DNA of 64,000 bases, taken from an uncultured Spirochaetales bacterium (GTDB lineage: Bacteria > UBP6 > UBA1177). The first letter of the stretch is position 1; every line of letters begins with the position of its first letter. Shown here one piece after another: positions 18,274-27,774 of the stretch. The notes below the pieces were generated by a model. That model ran no database searches and was not told the DNA's origin. It was given only the letters and a program-made list of their open reading frames with translations. The position numbers and the translations under genes were made by a program. The stretch covers positions 6,232 through 70,231 of the forward strand of contig CAZVWR010000006.1 in the NCBI GenBank assembly GCA_964630905.1, given 5' to 3'.

Positions 18274-19524
18274 ATGTCAAAAGCATTAGCGATGATCCTT
18301 GCCGGAGGGCAGGGGAAAAGACTTGCACCACTCACACTTGACAGAGCGAAACCTGCCGTTCCTTTCGGAGGAACATACCGGATAATAGACTTTGTTCTGA
18401 GCAATTTTGTCAACTCCGGTTTCATGCAGATAAAAGTTCTGACACAGTTCATGAGCAATTCACTCAACCAGCACATTTCAAGGAACTGGACACTTTCACC
18501 GACATTCAACCAGTATGTCGATTCAGTCCCGGCACAGATGAGAACAGGGGATAACTGGTATCTTGGAAGTGCCGATGCGATATTTCAGAACCTTAATCTG
18601 ATAAAGGATGAATCACCGCGTCATGTGTTCGTTTTCAGCGGAGACCACATCTATAAAATGGATGTTTCGCAGATGTATAATTACCACAACATCAAGAATG
18701 CTGATATGACAATTGCGGCAATTCCTGTTCCCATCGAAGAGGCAACTGAATTCGGTGTGATCGAAATAGACAAGGATTACAGGATGATAGGTTTTGAAGA
18801 AAAGCCGAAAAACCCGAAATCAATTCCGGGAAGACCAGACACTGCTCTTGTCAGCATGGGCAACTATCTTTTTTCGACAGATATCCTTGTAAATGCTGTG
18901 ACAGATGATGCAAAAGATGAATCGAGCGTTCACGATTTCGGGAAGAATGTCATTCCTGCACTTTTTCCATACAAACGGGTTTTTGTTTATGATTTTCTCA
19001 AGAACAGCATCTATATGCCTACCGAGAACGATTATGAAAAACCTTACTGGAGAGATGTCGGAACAATAAAAGCATATTTTGATTCACATATGGACCTTGT
19101 CTCAGTGTCACCTGCAATAAATCTCTACAACAGGAACTGGCCCATATTCGGTTTCCCCGAAGTGAACATGCCGCCTGCAAAATTCGTCTTTGCCGATGAA
19201 AAGAACAAAAGGCTCGGCGTTGCGACAGATTCAATAATTTCAGAAGGCTGCATTGTTTCAGGCGGAAGTGTCAACCGTTCAGTTCTTTCACCGGGTGTGA
19301 GGGTGAACAGTTATTCATCGTTAAAGAACTGTATCATTTTAAACGATGTGAACATAGGAAGATATTGCGAACTTAAAAATGTCATTGTTGACAAGCATGT
19401 GACGATCCCTTCTGATACAAAAATCGGTTTTGATCTTAAAAAAGATATTCAGAGAGGGTTCACTGTTACTGAAGAAGGAATAGTTGTAATTCCGAAAGGA
19501 TACAATTTTCAGGAGGACAGATAA
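18274..19524 (+). CDS. glgC: glucose-1-phosphate adenylyltransferase
   Basis: 416 aa. N-terminal [14 protein letters not shown] and [11 protein letters not shown]-terminal left-handed beta-helix region. Confidence 0.9.
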   Translation: MSKALAMILAGGQGKRLAPLTLDRAKPAVPFGGTYRIIDFVLSNFVNSGFMQIKVLTQFMSNSLNQHISRNWTLSPTFNQYVDSVPAQMRTGDNWYLGSADAIFQNLNLIKDESPRHVFVFSGDHIYKMDVSQMYNYHNIKNADMTIAAIPVPIEEATEFGVIEIDKDYRMIGFEEKPKNPKSIPGRPDTALVSMGNYLFSTDILVNAVTDDAKDESSVHDFGKNVIPALFPYKRVFVYDFLKNSIYMPTENDYEKPYWRDVGTIKAYFDSHMDLVSVSPAINLYNRNWPIFGFPEVNMPPAKFVFADEKNKRLGVATDSIISEGCIVSGGSVNRSVLSPGVRVNSYSSLKNCIILNDVNIGRYCELKNVIVDKHVTIPSDTKIGFDLKKDIQRGFTVTEEGIVVIPKGYNFQEDR

Positions 19525-19527
19525 TTT

Positions 19528-21705
19528 ATGACAAAACTGGTTTTTCTGTGGCATATGCATCAGCCGTATTACAAGGATACAACAAGGGATCTTTATCTCA
19601 TGCCGTGGGTTCGTCTTCACTGCCTGAAAGGTTACTATGACATTCCGGTCTCGATCGAGAAATACGGTGTCAAAGGTGTTGTCAACATGGTCCCTTCACT
19701 CATTGAGCAGATAATTGACTATGCTGATAACGGAGCAACTGATGCGTGGCTTGATCATACGATCCCCAATCCTTACGACATGAAGGAAGAGGAAAAGGCT
19801 TTCGTTATCAGAAATTTTTTCATGATAAACTGGGAGCGTCTTGTCAAGCCCTCTCCGAGATACCATGAAATACTGAACAAGAGAATCCGTTACGAGAAAA
19901 AACTCAATTGGAGCGAAATGGCGAAGCTTTTTACCAATGATGAGATATTTGATCTTCAGATTCTTTTCAATCTCAAATGGTTCGGCTTCATGGCACGGGA
20001 AAAATATCCGAGACTGAAAGAGCTCGATGAAAAGGACAGGGGTTTTTCCCAGAAAGATAAAGAAGACCTGCTTGATATCCAGAAAAAAGTTCTTTCCGAG
20101 ATAGTTCCCCTTTACAGAAGACTGGCGGAATCAGGTGCCATTGAGTTGAGTTTCACCCCTTTCTATCATCCGATTGCTCCGCTTCTTTTTGATACTAACA
20201 CTGCTTCAAGAAGCTCAGGAGCACCTCTTCCGGAAAGATTTGTCTATCCTGATGATGCAAAATGGCACATCGAAGAGGGGAAGGCCTATGCGTCAAAGAT
20301 ATGGGGCATGGAGATAACCGGAATGTGGCCTGCAGAAGGTTCTGTAAGTCCTGAGATCATTGAGCCGGTGTTCAACGCGGGTGTCAAATGGATAGCGACA
20401 GATGAAGGGATACTGCTTAATTCTCTGGGAACGCAGAATAAGGCGTCGGTCCTTTACAGACCTTACCGGCTTAAATTGAATGAAGAAAAGCATTTAACCG
20501 GTTTTTTCCGTGATAAATATCTTTCCGATCTTCTTGGATTTTCATTTTCGAGAATGGAACCTCAAAGAGCTGTCGATATTTTCATGAACTATGTGAGAAG
20601 CGTAAGTTTCAATCTTCCCAATGGTCATCCGGAACCCGTTGTTTCTGTCATTCTTGACGGTGAGAACGCATGGGAGTCATATCCTGGTAACGGAGAGCAT
20701 TTCATAAAAGAGCTTTTTACAAGACTGAGTGAAAATACTGAAATAAAAACAACTACTTTTGGAAATATTACCGATACGGAAGATCACAACATTATGCAGC
20801 CGATCAGCAGGTTGTTCTCCGGTTCGTGGATAAACAGCAACTACGATATATGGATAGGCAACGATGAAGATAATGAAGCATGGGTATATCTGAAAAGGGT
20901 GAGAGATTTTTATGAACGGTACAGAAAGAACAACATCGTTACTCCGAAAATTGATGCAGAGGTTATGCGATGTCTCTACCGTGCTGAAGGAAGCGACTGG
21001 TTCTGGTGGTACGGTCCTCAGTTCTCGACTGAGAATGACTGGCTTTTTGACCGGCTTTTCAGAAGACATCTTCGAAAGGTTTACAATCTTCTCGGGGTTG
21101 ACTATCCGACATTTCTTGATATTCCGATTACTTCTTCAACAGGTGACACTTCTATCATAAGTCCGACAAATGTTATAAAGCCTGCCGTATCAGGCAGGAA
21201 TGACGGTTACTATGAATGGGCTGGAGCAGGGGTCTTTGAAAATTCGAGAAAGACTGGCGGGGCAATGTATAACTCAATTAAGGTAACCGACCGTATTCTT
21301 TATGGATTTGACAGGGACAATCTGTTCTTCAAGATTCAGCTTGTGGATCCGCTCAGTTTTTATGAGCACAAAAGATATTTTCTCAAAGGGTTCATAATGA
21401 ACGGGCGTGACATCGATTTTGTTCTGCCGATGATGAGGATAAGTCCAGCTGATTTTGCAGTCCGTTTCAACAGTGAATCGGGATATCTTTCCGAGGTTAT
21501 AGGGGCAGGTTCCGCTTCTTTTGAAGATGTTCTTGAACTGAAACTGAATTCAAAAAAGTCGGGAATGAAACCCGGAGACAATGTTAAGATATATTTTAAG
21601 ATAGTTTCCAGTGACGGTATCGAGCTTGAAAGGGTTCCTGTTTCGGGTTCGATAGAGCTCACAATTCCTGATGAGGCGACCCTTTTTACACTTTGGGATG
21701 TTTAA
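19528..21705 (+). CDS. glycoside hydrolase family 57 alpha-glucan enzyme
   Basis: 725 aa. GH57 signature FLWHMHQPYY, WPAEGSVS (nucleophile region), ILDGENAWE and SDWFWWYG. Confidence 0.85.
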   Translation: MTKLVFLWHMHQPYYKDTTRDLYLMPWVRLHCLKGYYDIPVSIEKYGVKGVVNMVPSLIEQIIDYADNGATDAWLDHTIPNPYDMKEEEKAFVIRNFFMINWERLVKPSPRYHEILNKRIRYEKKLNWSEMAKLFTNDEIFDLQILFNLKWFGFMAREKYPRLKELDEKDRGFSQKDKEDLLDIQKKVLSEIVPLYRRLAESGAIELSFTPFYHPIAPLLFDTNTASRSSGAPLPERFVYPDDAKWHIEEGKAYASKIWGMEITGMWPAEGSVSPEIIEPVFNAGVKWIATDEGILLNSLGTQNKASVLYRPYRLKLNEEKHLTGFFRDKYLSDLLGFSFSRMEPQRAVDIFMNYVRSVSFNLPNGHPEPVVSVILDGENAWESYPGNGEHFIKELFTRLSENTEIKTTTFGNITDTEDHNIMQPISRLFSGSWINSNYDIWIGNDEDNEAWVYLKRVRDFYERYRKNNIVTPKIDAEVMRCLYRAEGSDWFWWYGPQFSTENDWLFDRLFRRHLRKVYNLLGVDYPTFLDIPITSSTGDTSIISPTNVIKPAVSGRNDGYYEWAGAGVFENSRKTGGAMYNSIKVTDRILYGFDRDNLFFKIQLVDPLSFYEHKRYFLKGFIMNGRDIDFVLPMMRISPADFAVRFNSESGYLSEVIGAGSASFEDVLELKLNSKKSGMKPGDNVKIYFKIVSSDGIELERVPVSGSIELTIPDEATLFTLWDV

Positions 21706-21723
21706 TTAATTAAAGGTGGAATA

Positions 21724-22734
21724 ATGATAGAAGGAAGTTTAAGGCGCGATCCTCTTCACAGGCTGTGGGTTGTTTTCGCTCCCGAGAAAGTTGATACGAT
21801 AATACAGAAAAGTTCCGAAAACGAAGCAAAATTCGATATTGATCCGTTTGTTCCGGGGCTTGAATATTCAACAGGAAAGGATATTCTAAGCAGGATCAAT
21901 CCGGCATATGCCGACAAAGGGTGGTCTTCAAGGGTTTTCCCTGCAAAGAACCCGATACTCAAAGTCGAGAATGAAAAGAAAAGTAAGGGTGTGGGGCTTT
22001 ATGATGTTATGTCAAGGATAGGGGCGCACGAAGTTGTCGTAGAAACTCCTAAGAACAACATATTCTTTGACCAGCTTTCGATTGAAGAGATAGCTGATGC
22101 GTTCAGCATAATAAGGGACAGAGTGAACGATCTTAAAAAGGATTCCCGTTTCAGATACATAATGGTGACAAAGAACAGAGGTCTTGCCGCAGGTGGGACG
22201 ATAAATCATAACTATTCAGAAATAAAGGCATTTCCATTCATTCCTCCTATAGTTCAGTATAAGCTTGAAAGTTGTAAGCAGTACTACATGATGAAAGAGA
22301 GATGCCTTCTTTGTGATATAATTGAACAGGAGCTTTTCGACCGCAAGAGGGTGATATATGAAAATGATCAGTTCATTGCGATCTGTCCTTATGCCAGCAG
22401 ATATCCTTTTGAGATAATGATACTTCCAAGAAAACACTCTAATATTTTTGAAAAGATACCGGAAGAATCGGTGAAAGAACTTGCAAAGATAGCAAAAGTT
22501 GTTTTCTATAAACTGAGAAAAGGGCTGGATTCTCCTGCTTATAACTGTGTTTTTCATTTTCAGCCGGTAAACAGCGGAGCGGATGAAGTTATTGAAAACC
22601 TCTCATATCACTGGCATCTGACAATAATTCCAAGGTTGACGAGAATTCCTTCAGAAATGCTTGAAGCAGGAGTCTATGTCAATCCGACTTTTCCTGAAGA
22701 AGCGGCAGAATTTTTAAAGAATATCAGGGAGTAG
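21724..22734 (+). CDS. galT: galactose-1-phosphate uridylyltransferase-like nucleotidyltransferase
   Basis: 336 aa. Two HIT-like halves, Cys site ERCLLCD, His motif SYHWHLTIIPR. Lies in the glycogen block. Confidence 0.7.
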   Translation: MIEGSLRRDPLHRLWVVFAPEKVDTIIQKSSENEAKFDIDPFVPGLEYSTGKDILSRINPAYADKGWSSRVFPAKNPILKVENEKKSKGVGLYDVMSRIGAHEVVVETPKNNIFFDQLSIEEIADAFSIIRDRVNDLKKDSRFRYIMVTKNRGLAAGGTINHNYSEIKAFPFIPPIVQYKLESCKQYYMMKERCLLCDIIEQELFDRKRVIYENDQFIAICPYASRYPFEIMILPRKHSNIFEKIPEESVKELAKIAKVVFYKLRKGLDSPAYNCVFHFQPVNSGADEVIENLSYHWHLTIIPRLTRIPSEMLEAGVYVNPTFPEEAAEFLKNIRE

Positions 22735-22800
22735 GGGCGACATTTATGACGCCCGGCATTCTGGGAAGGGCGCGATGAATCGTGCCCCTACTATTTTTCC
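22735..22800 (+). terminator. GC-rich hairpins between convergent genes (putative terminator)
   Basis: Hairpin 1 is GGGCG(22735..22739)/CGCCC(22750..22754). Hairpin 2 is GGGCGCGA(22768..22775)-TGAA-TCGTGCCC(22780..22787), followed by TATTTTT. The outer inverted repeat GTAGGGGC/GCCCCTAC spans the whole spacer. Confidence 0.45.
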
Positions 22801-23192
22801 CTGTCCCATTTCCAGCGTCCGTTACCGCCCCAGTTCATCATTTTTGTATAACCTTTCTCTTCAAGCTTTTTTATAACCATCTGTGCCCTTCCGCCTGTTT
22901 CGCAGTAGAAAATGAGATATTTATCTTTCGGAAGTTCATCAAGCCGGTCCATGACAGTTGAAGAAGGGAAAGATTTTGCCCCCGGAATATGCCCTTTTTT
23001 ATAAGCAGATTCAGGCCTTACATCAATTATCCAGATGTCATCTTTGGGTTTTTCGACCAGTGCCTTCAAACTTTCCGGCTCAAGATACTGCTTGAGCGTT
23101 TCCCCTTCGCTTGAAACATAACCCTCGTGGCATGAAGTCACAAGGAACAGCGCCGATAAAATAACAGCAGAAAAAACGATTTTTCTCAACAT
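22791..23192 (-). CDS. rhodanese-domain lipoprotein
   Basis: ORF track 22791..23216. ATG 23192 is preferred because of GGAGGTG upstream. Lipobox LVTSC. Active-site loop FYCETGGRAQ. Confidence 0.8.
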   Translation of the reverse strand: MLRKIVFSAVILSALFLVTSCHEGYVSSEGETLKQYLEPESLKALVEKPKDDIWIIDVRPESAYKKGHIPGAKSFPSSTVMDRLDELPKDKYLIFYCETGGRAQMVIKKLEEKGYTKMMNWGGNGRWKWDREK

Positions 23193-23253
23193 GGAACACC
23201 TCCAAAATAAAAACATCTTTCATAATCATCGTCAGTTAAAAATAATTGTCAAT

Positions 23254-23282
23254 TTGCTTTAAAAACTGACGAACTGTATAAT
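23254..23282 (+). promoter_or_regulatory. putative sigma70-type promoter
   Basis: TTGCTT (23254..23259), 17-nt spacer, TATAAT (23277..23282), about 43 nt upstream of ATG 23325. Confidence 0.4.
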
Positions 23283-23324
23283 CTCACAGTTTGTAAGTTA
23301 TCACTTTTTTTTCGATGAGGTATT

Positions 23325-24800
23325 ATGACAGACAGCAAACAGGTTCAGCAGCATCAGGCAATTTTGGAGCGTATTGCAAGGAAAGTTATGGTTGAAAGGG
23401 GTCTTGAGCCCGATTTTCCGAAAGAAGCGGTTTCTCAGCTCAACAGGATCCTTGCTCCGGCTTCTCTTGAAGTTGACAATGTGAAAGATCTCAGACATCT
23501 GCTCTGGTGTTCGATAGATAACGATGATTCACTTGATCTGGACCAGCTTACTGCCGCAACTCTTCTGCCGGACGGATCGGTGAAGGTTTTTGTCGCAATT
23601 GCAGATGTTGATGCAATTGTAAAAAATTACACAGCGATAGATCTTCATGCAAGGTTTAACACTCTTTCAGTTTATACTGCGGCTATCATATTTCCGATGC
23701 TTCCTGAAAAGTTGTCCAACAATCTGACTTCATTGAATAAAAACGAAGAACGGCTTGCAGTTGTTGTCGAAATGGTGATCCCGGAGGACGGTTCTTTAAA
23801 AAGTTCCGCCATTTACCGTGCGGCAGTTGAAAACCATGCAAAGCTCTGCTACAACGATGTTTCTGCATGGCTTGAAGGAACTGCCCCCGCACCAAAAGAG
23901 CTGAGTGCTGCGAAAGGACTTGAAGAAAGCATCAAGCTTCAGGATAAAGTTGCACAGAAACTGAGGTCACACCGTTATGAAAACGGGGCGCTCGATCTTG
24001 AGACAATTGAAGGAAAACCTGTTTTTGAAGGAAGTGTTCTTAAAGATTACAGAATTGAAAAAGGGGGTCGTGCAGATCAGATAATTGAAGATTTCATGAT
24101 CGCGGCAAACGGTATCGCTGCAAGATTTCTTGCCGCAAAGAAATTCCCGTCGATACGCCGTATTGTAAGAGTTCCTAAAAACTGGGAAAGGATAGTTGCC
24201 CTTGCAGGCGAGCAGAATTTCACCCTTCCTGCAAAACCCGATTCAAAAGCACTTGAAAAATTTCTCATAAAAGCAAAGATGGACGATCCGGTAAGATTTC
24301 CAGACCTTTCTTTGAGTGTTATCAAGCTGTTAGGTCCAGGGGAATATGTTGTTGAACTGCCCGGGGAAACTTCGACAGGACACTTCGGACTTGCAGTAAA
24401 GGATTATGCACATTCCACAGCACCCAACCGGAGATATCCCGATCTTATAACTCAACGGCTGATAAAGGCGGCACTTGCAGATCAACAGCCGCCATATTCA
24501 AAAAAAGAACTTGATGACATTGCTAAAAACTGCACAAAACAGGAAGATGCCGCAAAGAAAATTGAAAGACAGGTGACAAAATCAGCCGCCGCACTTCTGC
24601 TAGGCTCAAAGATAGGTGAGGATTTTGAAGCAATAGTTACCGGCGCATCCGAAAAAGGGACATGGGTACGGCTTCTGGAACTTCCGTTTGAAGGAATGCT
24701 CTCAGCAGGTTTTGAAGGACTCGAAGTAGGCGAACGGCTCACAGTCAGACTCCTGAAAACCGATGTGGAAAGAGGGTTCATCGATTTCAAAAAGGTGTGA
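23325..24800 (+). CDS. RNB-domain exoribonuclease (RNase II/R family)
   Basis: 491 aa. RNB motifs IDNDDSLDLDQL and HSTAPNRRYPDLITQR. C-terminal S1-like segment (GTWVRLLELPFEGML). Confidence 0.85.
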   Translation: MTDSKQVQQHQAILERIARKVMVERGLEPDFPKEAVSQLNRILAPASLEVDNVKDLRHLLWCSIDNDDSLDLDQLTAATLLPDGSVKVFVAIADVDAIVKNYTAIDLHARFNTLSVYTAAIIFPMLPEKLSNNLTSLNKNEERLAVVVEMVIPEDGSLKSSAIYRAAVENHAKLCYNDVSAWLEGTAPAPKELSAAKGLEESIKLQDKVAQKLRSHRYENGALDLETIEGKPVFEGSVLKDYRIEKGGRADQIIEDFMIAANGIAARFLAAKKFPSIRRIVRVPKNWERIVALAGEQNFTLPAKPDSKALEKFLIKAKMDDPVRFPDLSLSVIKLLGPGEYVVELPGETSTGHFGLAVKDYAHSTAPNRRYPDLITQRLIKAALADQQPPYSKKELDDIAKNCTKQEDAAKKIERQVTKSAAALLLGSKIGEDFEAIVTGASEKGTWVRLLELPFEGMLSAGFEGLEVGERLTVRLLKTDVERGFIDFKKV

Positions 24801-24897
24801 ACCGTCAAATTCAATAAGTGTGAAACTGAAAATGCGGTTGACATAGTTTCATAATTATATAAAATTAAATAGTTTTTTTGAGTTATGGAGTTGTAAG

Positions 24898-25155
24898 ATG
24901 CCGGAAATCAGCAGATTTTATGGAATTTTGATTTTGATGCTTTACAGTGATCACAATCCGCCACATTTTCATGCTAAATATGGTGAATATGAAGTGACTG
25001 TAGATATTGAAACCGGTATTGTTACCGGCAGCATGCCAAAAAGGGCTCTTTCTTTAATCCTTGAATGGTATGAGATTCATGTTGATGAATTAAAGGAGTT
25101 GTGGAAACTGGCTGAGTCAAGAAGTCCGCTTAAAAAAGTTCCGCCATTGCCTTAA
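24898..25155 (+). CDS. DUF4160 family protein
   Basis: 85 aa. N-terminal MPEISRFYGILILMLYSDHNPPHFHAKYGEYE is characteristic of DUF4160. Confidence 0.8.
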   Translation: MPEISRFYGILILMLYSDHNPPHFHAKYGEYEVTVDIETGIVTGSMPKRALSLILEWYEIHVDELKELWKLAESRSPLKKVPPLP

Positions 25156-25166
25156 AGGAGGGAAAA

Positions 25167-25421
25167 ATGTTTCTGAGTGTTAAAAGTGCAATTTATTTAA
25201 ATAGTTACACTTTGAGACTTACATTCAGTGACGGTGTTGTGAAAGATGTAGATCTTTCAAATGAGCTGTACGGACAGATTTTTTCACCGTTAAAAGACAT
25301 CTCTTTTTTTAAAAAGGTGAAAGTCTCTTCAGAGCTTGGAACAATATTCTGGCCGAATGATGCTGATTTTGCTCCTGAATTTCTTTATGAGATCGGTGTT
25401 CCCGCTGATGAAGCCGCTTAA
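25167..25421 (+). CDS. DUF2442 family protein
   Basis: 84 aa. LRLTFSDGVVKDVDLS...GTIFWPNDADFAPEFLY is typical of DUF2442. Starts 11 nt after the DUF4160 gene. Confidence 0.8.
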   Translation: MFLSVKSAIYLNSYTLRLTFSDGVVKDVDLSNELYGQIFSPLKDISFFKKVKVSSELGTIFWPNDADFAPEFLYEIGVPADEAA

Positions 25422-25465
25422 CTGAATTTTTCAATCTTTCCTATACACACAGTTTCTCTCTAAAT

Positions 25466-25494
25466 TTGCAAGGTCAAAAAGTTTAATGTATAAT
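25466..25494 (+). promoter_or_regulatory. putative sigma70-type promoter
   Basis: TTGCAA (25466..25471), 17-nt spacer, TATAAT (25489..25494), about 45 nt upstream of ATG 25540. Confidence 0.4.
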
Positions 25495-25539
25495 CGGTTT
25501 TAAGATTTTTGACAGTCGTTTAATCTTGCGGGGTTTACA

Positions 25540-27093
25540 ATGATAAAACGGATTTTGTTAATGATTTCATTGGTTTCTTTGTTTTCTCCGATTTTTTCTG
25601 CAGAAAAAGACCGTCTTGCAGTTATGGATGTTGCTGATGAAGCGAAACTGTTTAACAAAACAACAATTGCCAATGTCACAGATTATATTTTCACAAAGTT
25701 GCAGGGAACAAAGATTTATTGGATGGTTCCGAAAGCTGATAGAGACACAGCGCTCGAGCAGGCGATTGAAGAAACCGTAAAAGGGTCAAGAAGAGAATGC
25801 GTTGATGAAAAGTGTCAGTTGTCACTCGTGGCTCAACTTCAGGCGAATTTCTTAATAAATACAAAGATCAAGAAACTTTACGAAGGAACTTGCAACATCA
25901 GCATCAGCAAATTCGATGTTGAAAAAAGAGCCGGAGTAGATTCGTGGGAAGAAAAATTCAACTGTACCGAAAAAGGACTTTATGAAACAATTGACGGGTT
26001 TGATTTTGGTGGAAATAAAGACAATAAAAGAGTTCTTAAGCAGGATAAGATGGCGGATGAAAATGCCTGTAAGTATGCGAAAGAGAAAAATAATTTAGAA
26101 ATATGGGAAAAATATATTGAAAAATACCCGAAAGGCGAATGTGAGTTTGAAGCAACGGTAAAAATAGAAGAACTGAACAAAAAGAAATCTGAAAAAGATG
26201 AAAACACAAAAACATCTTCAGGCAAAATCATTCCGCCCCCCAAAGAAAAGGAACTGAAAAAACCAGCTGATCTGAAGGTGAAAAATTTGTCCAACTGGTC
26301 AAAAAAAGCACCGAAAGAAATGACTTGGAATGATGCAAAAACATACTGTGCAAATTTAAATGAAGATGGATATTCAGATTGGAGATTGCCGACTATTTCA
26401 GAACTCAGAACACTTATCAAAAACTGTCCTGCTACTGAAACTGGCGGAGCTTGCAAAGTTACAAGTGATTGTTTGTCTTCGAAATATTGCATTAATAAAG
26501 CTTGTGGTGGCTGCTCAAATGCATCTGACGGCAGATATTCCAAACTTAGTGATACAAAAAAATGGTTCTGGTCGTCTTCGGCGCTATCAGATGATGCAGA
26601 ATACGCTTGGCTTGCGGGTTTCTACTATGGAGATGTGAGCAGCGGCAGCAAGGGCTACAAGGGCAATGTCCGTTGTGTGAGAACAAATCTAAAAACATCG
26701 GCTGGAACTTGGTCTAAAAATTTGACACATCGAATGGACTGGGTTGATGCAAAAGCATATTGCGATAACTTAAAAGAATCTGGTTATTCTGGTTGGAGAA
26801 TGCCTACAATATCAGAGCTTAGAACTCTGGTGAAAGAATGTTCAGCAACAGAAACAGGTGGATCGTGCGGTGTCAATGATTCGTGTTTATCTGAGAGCAA
26901 GTGTCGGAATAATAATTGTAACGGTTGCCCATCATCAGATGGAAAATACTCAATATTCAATGACATAGGACGGTTCTGGTCGTCTTCAGAAAGAAAAGAG
27001 GATAAAAGATTCGTGTGGTTTATAAATTTCTTTAACGGCAGTGTTTACAGTGACACTAAAACAGGTAGCGGATTTGTTCGCTGCGTCCGATAA
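25540..27093 (+). CDS. secreted protein with two DUF1566 (Lcl C-terminal-like) domains
   Basis: 517 aa with a signal peptide. Two ~125-aa repeats carry W.DAK.YC.NL...GYS.WR(L/M)PTISELRTL, Cys-rich inserts, and end in VRCVR. Confidence 0.75.
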   Translation: MIKRILLMISLVSLFSPIFSAEKDRLAVMDVADEAKLFNKTTIANVTDYIFTKLQGTKIYWMVPKADRDTALEQAIEETVKGSRRECVDEKCQLSLVAQLQANFLINTKIKKLYEGTCNISISKFDVEKRAGVDSWEEKFNCTEKGLYETIDGFDFGGNKDNKRVLKQDKMADENACKYAKEKNNLEIWEKYIEKYPKGECEFEATVKIEELNKKKSEKDENTKTSSGKIIPPPKEKELKKPADLKVKNLSNWSKKAPKEMTWNDAKTYCANLNEDGYSDWRLPTISELRTLIKNCPATETGGACKVTSDCLSSKYCINKACGGCSNASDGRYSKLSDTKKWFWSSSALSDDAEYAWLAGFYYGDVSSGSKGYKGNVRCVRTNLKTSAGTWSKNLTHRMDWVDAKAYCDNLKESGYSGWRMPTISELRTLVKECSATETGGSCGVNDSCLSESKCRNNNCNGCPSSDGKYSIFNDIGRFWSSSERKEDKRFVWFINFFNGSVYSDTKTGSGFVRCVR

Positions 27094-27101
27094 GCAAAAT
27101 A

Positions 27102-27164
27102 TCACAATAGGGGTCAGGGGTTTCACAATAAGGGTCACACAATAAGGGTCACACAATAAGGGTC
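27102..27164. repeat. four copies of a 14-bp direct repeat CACAATA(A/G)GGGTCA
   Basis: Copies start at 27103, 27123, 27137 and 27151. The last three are perfectly tandem. Begins 9 nt after the stop of the DUF1566 gene. Confidence 0.7.
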
Positions 27165-27211
27165 AGGGAGCAATATTTATATATAAAAATGTGACTTTAG
27201 TTGCCGCCAAC

Positions 27212-27254
27212 ACCCTAAACAAACTCCACTTTTCCCCAGTTTTCTGGTGAGTAA
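27212..27254. repeat. left copy of the ~43-bp direct repeat flanking the toxin-antitoxin cassette
   Basis: ACCCTAAACAAACTCCACTTTTCCCCAGTTTTCTGGTGAGTAA aligned with 28137..28178 CCCCTAAATCAATTCCACTTTTTTCAGTTTTCTGGCGAGTAA. About 36 matching positions by eye. Confidence 0.6.
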
Positions 27255-27411
27255 GATAATCTTATCCATATTCTTGCAAAATTAATCTAATTGCTGCATT
27301 ATCTATTGTTGGCTAAATCTGATGGAGCGTAGAATTTTGGATGCACTTGACAAAACTTGCTTTATATGATAAGAAATTGTTTGTAACAGTTCATTGAAAA
27401 ATGGAGTGAAA

Positions 27412-27774
27412 ATGCGAAAAGTTGAATTGCTGGTAACGCCTGACGGAAAATGTCCGGTAAGAGATTTTATTGACACATTGCCGATTAAAACACAGGCAAA
27501 AACTTATGCGACATTTAAAATTGTGCAAAACATGAGGATCGTTCCTGAAAAATTCTTTAAAAAGATGACAGGTTCTGACCTTTACGAAATACGAGTTTTG
27601 CATGATAAGATGCTTTACCGGTATCTTTCGTTTTTTCACAACGGAAATATCGTTATTGTGGCTCACGGATTTGAAAAAAGAAGTAAAAAAACTCCTGAGC
27701 GTGAAATGACAACAGCAATTGAACGGATGAAAGGTTTTAAAGAACAGTTCAAGGAGGTAAGTCATGAAAAATAA
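27412..27774 (+). CDS. type II toxin, RelE/ParE superfamily (Gp49/HigB-like)
   Basis: ORF track 27394..27774. ATG 27412 follows GGAGTG. LLVTPDGKCPVRDFIDTLP...LYEIRVLHDKMLYRYLSFFHNGNIVIVAHGFEKRSKKTP is typical of the phage Gp49-like toxin family. Confidence 0.8.
   Translation: MRKVELLVTPDGKCPVRDFIDTLPIKTQAKTYATFKIVQNMRIVPEKFFKKMTGSDLYEIRVLHDKMLYRYLSFFHNGNIVIVAHGFEKRSKKTPEREMTTAIERMKGFKEQFKEVSHEK

Noticed and set aside
17754-18509. 251-aa minus-strand ORF spanning the PMM/PGM-glgC junction
   Set aside because: It is antisense to two strongly supported genes with clear catalytic motifs. Its translation is Ser/Leu/Phe-rich with no recognisable domain, so it is a shadow ORF.
13325-27093. Diversity-generating retroelement hypothesis: C-type-lectin/FGE-fold C-termini at 15.2-15.4 kb and 26.9-27.1 kb, plus an Avd-like four-helix-bundle gene at 52852
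   Set aside because: No reverse transcriptase gene is in the window. I could find no second (template) copy of either C-terminal coding segment with A-specific mismatches. The four-helix-bundle gene is 25-37 kb away from both candidates. The element could still exist outside the window.
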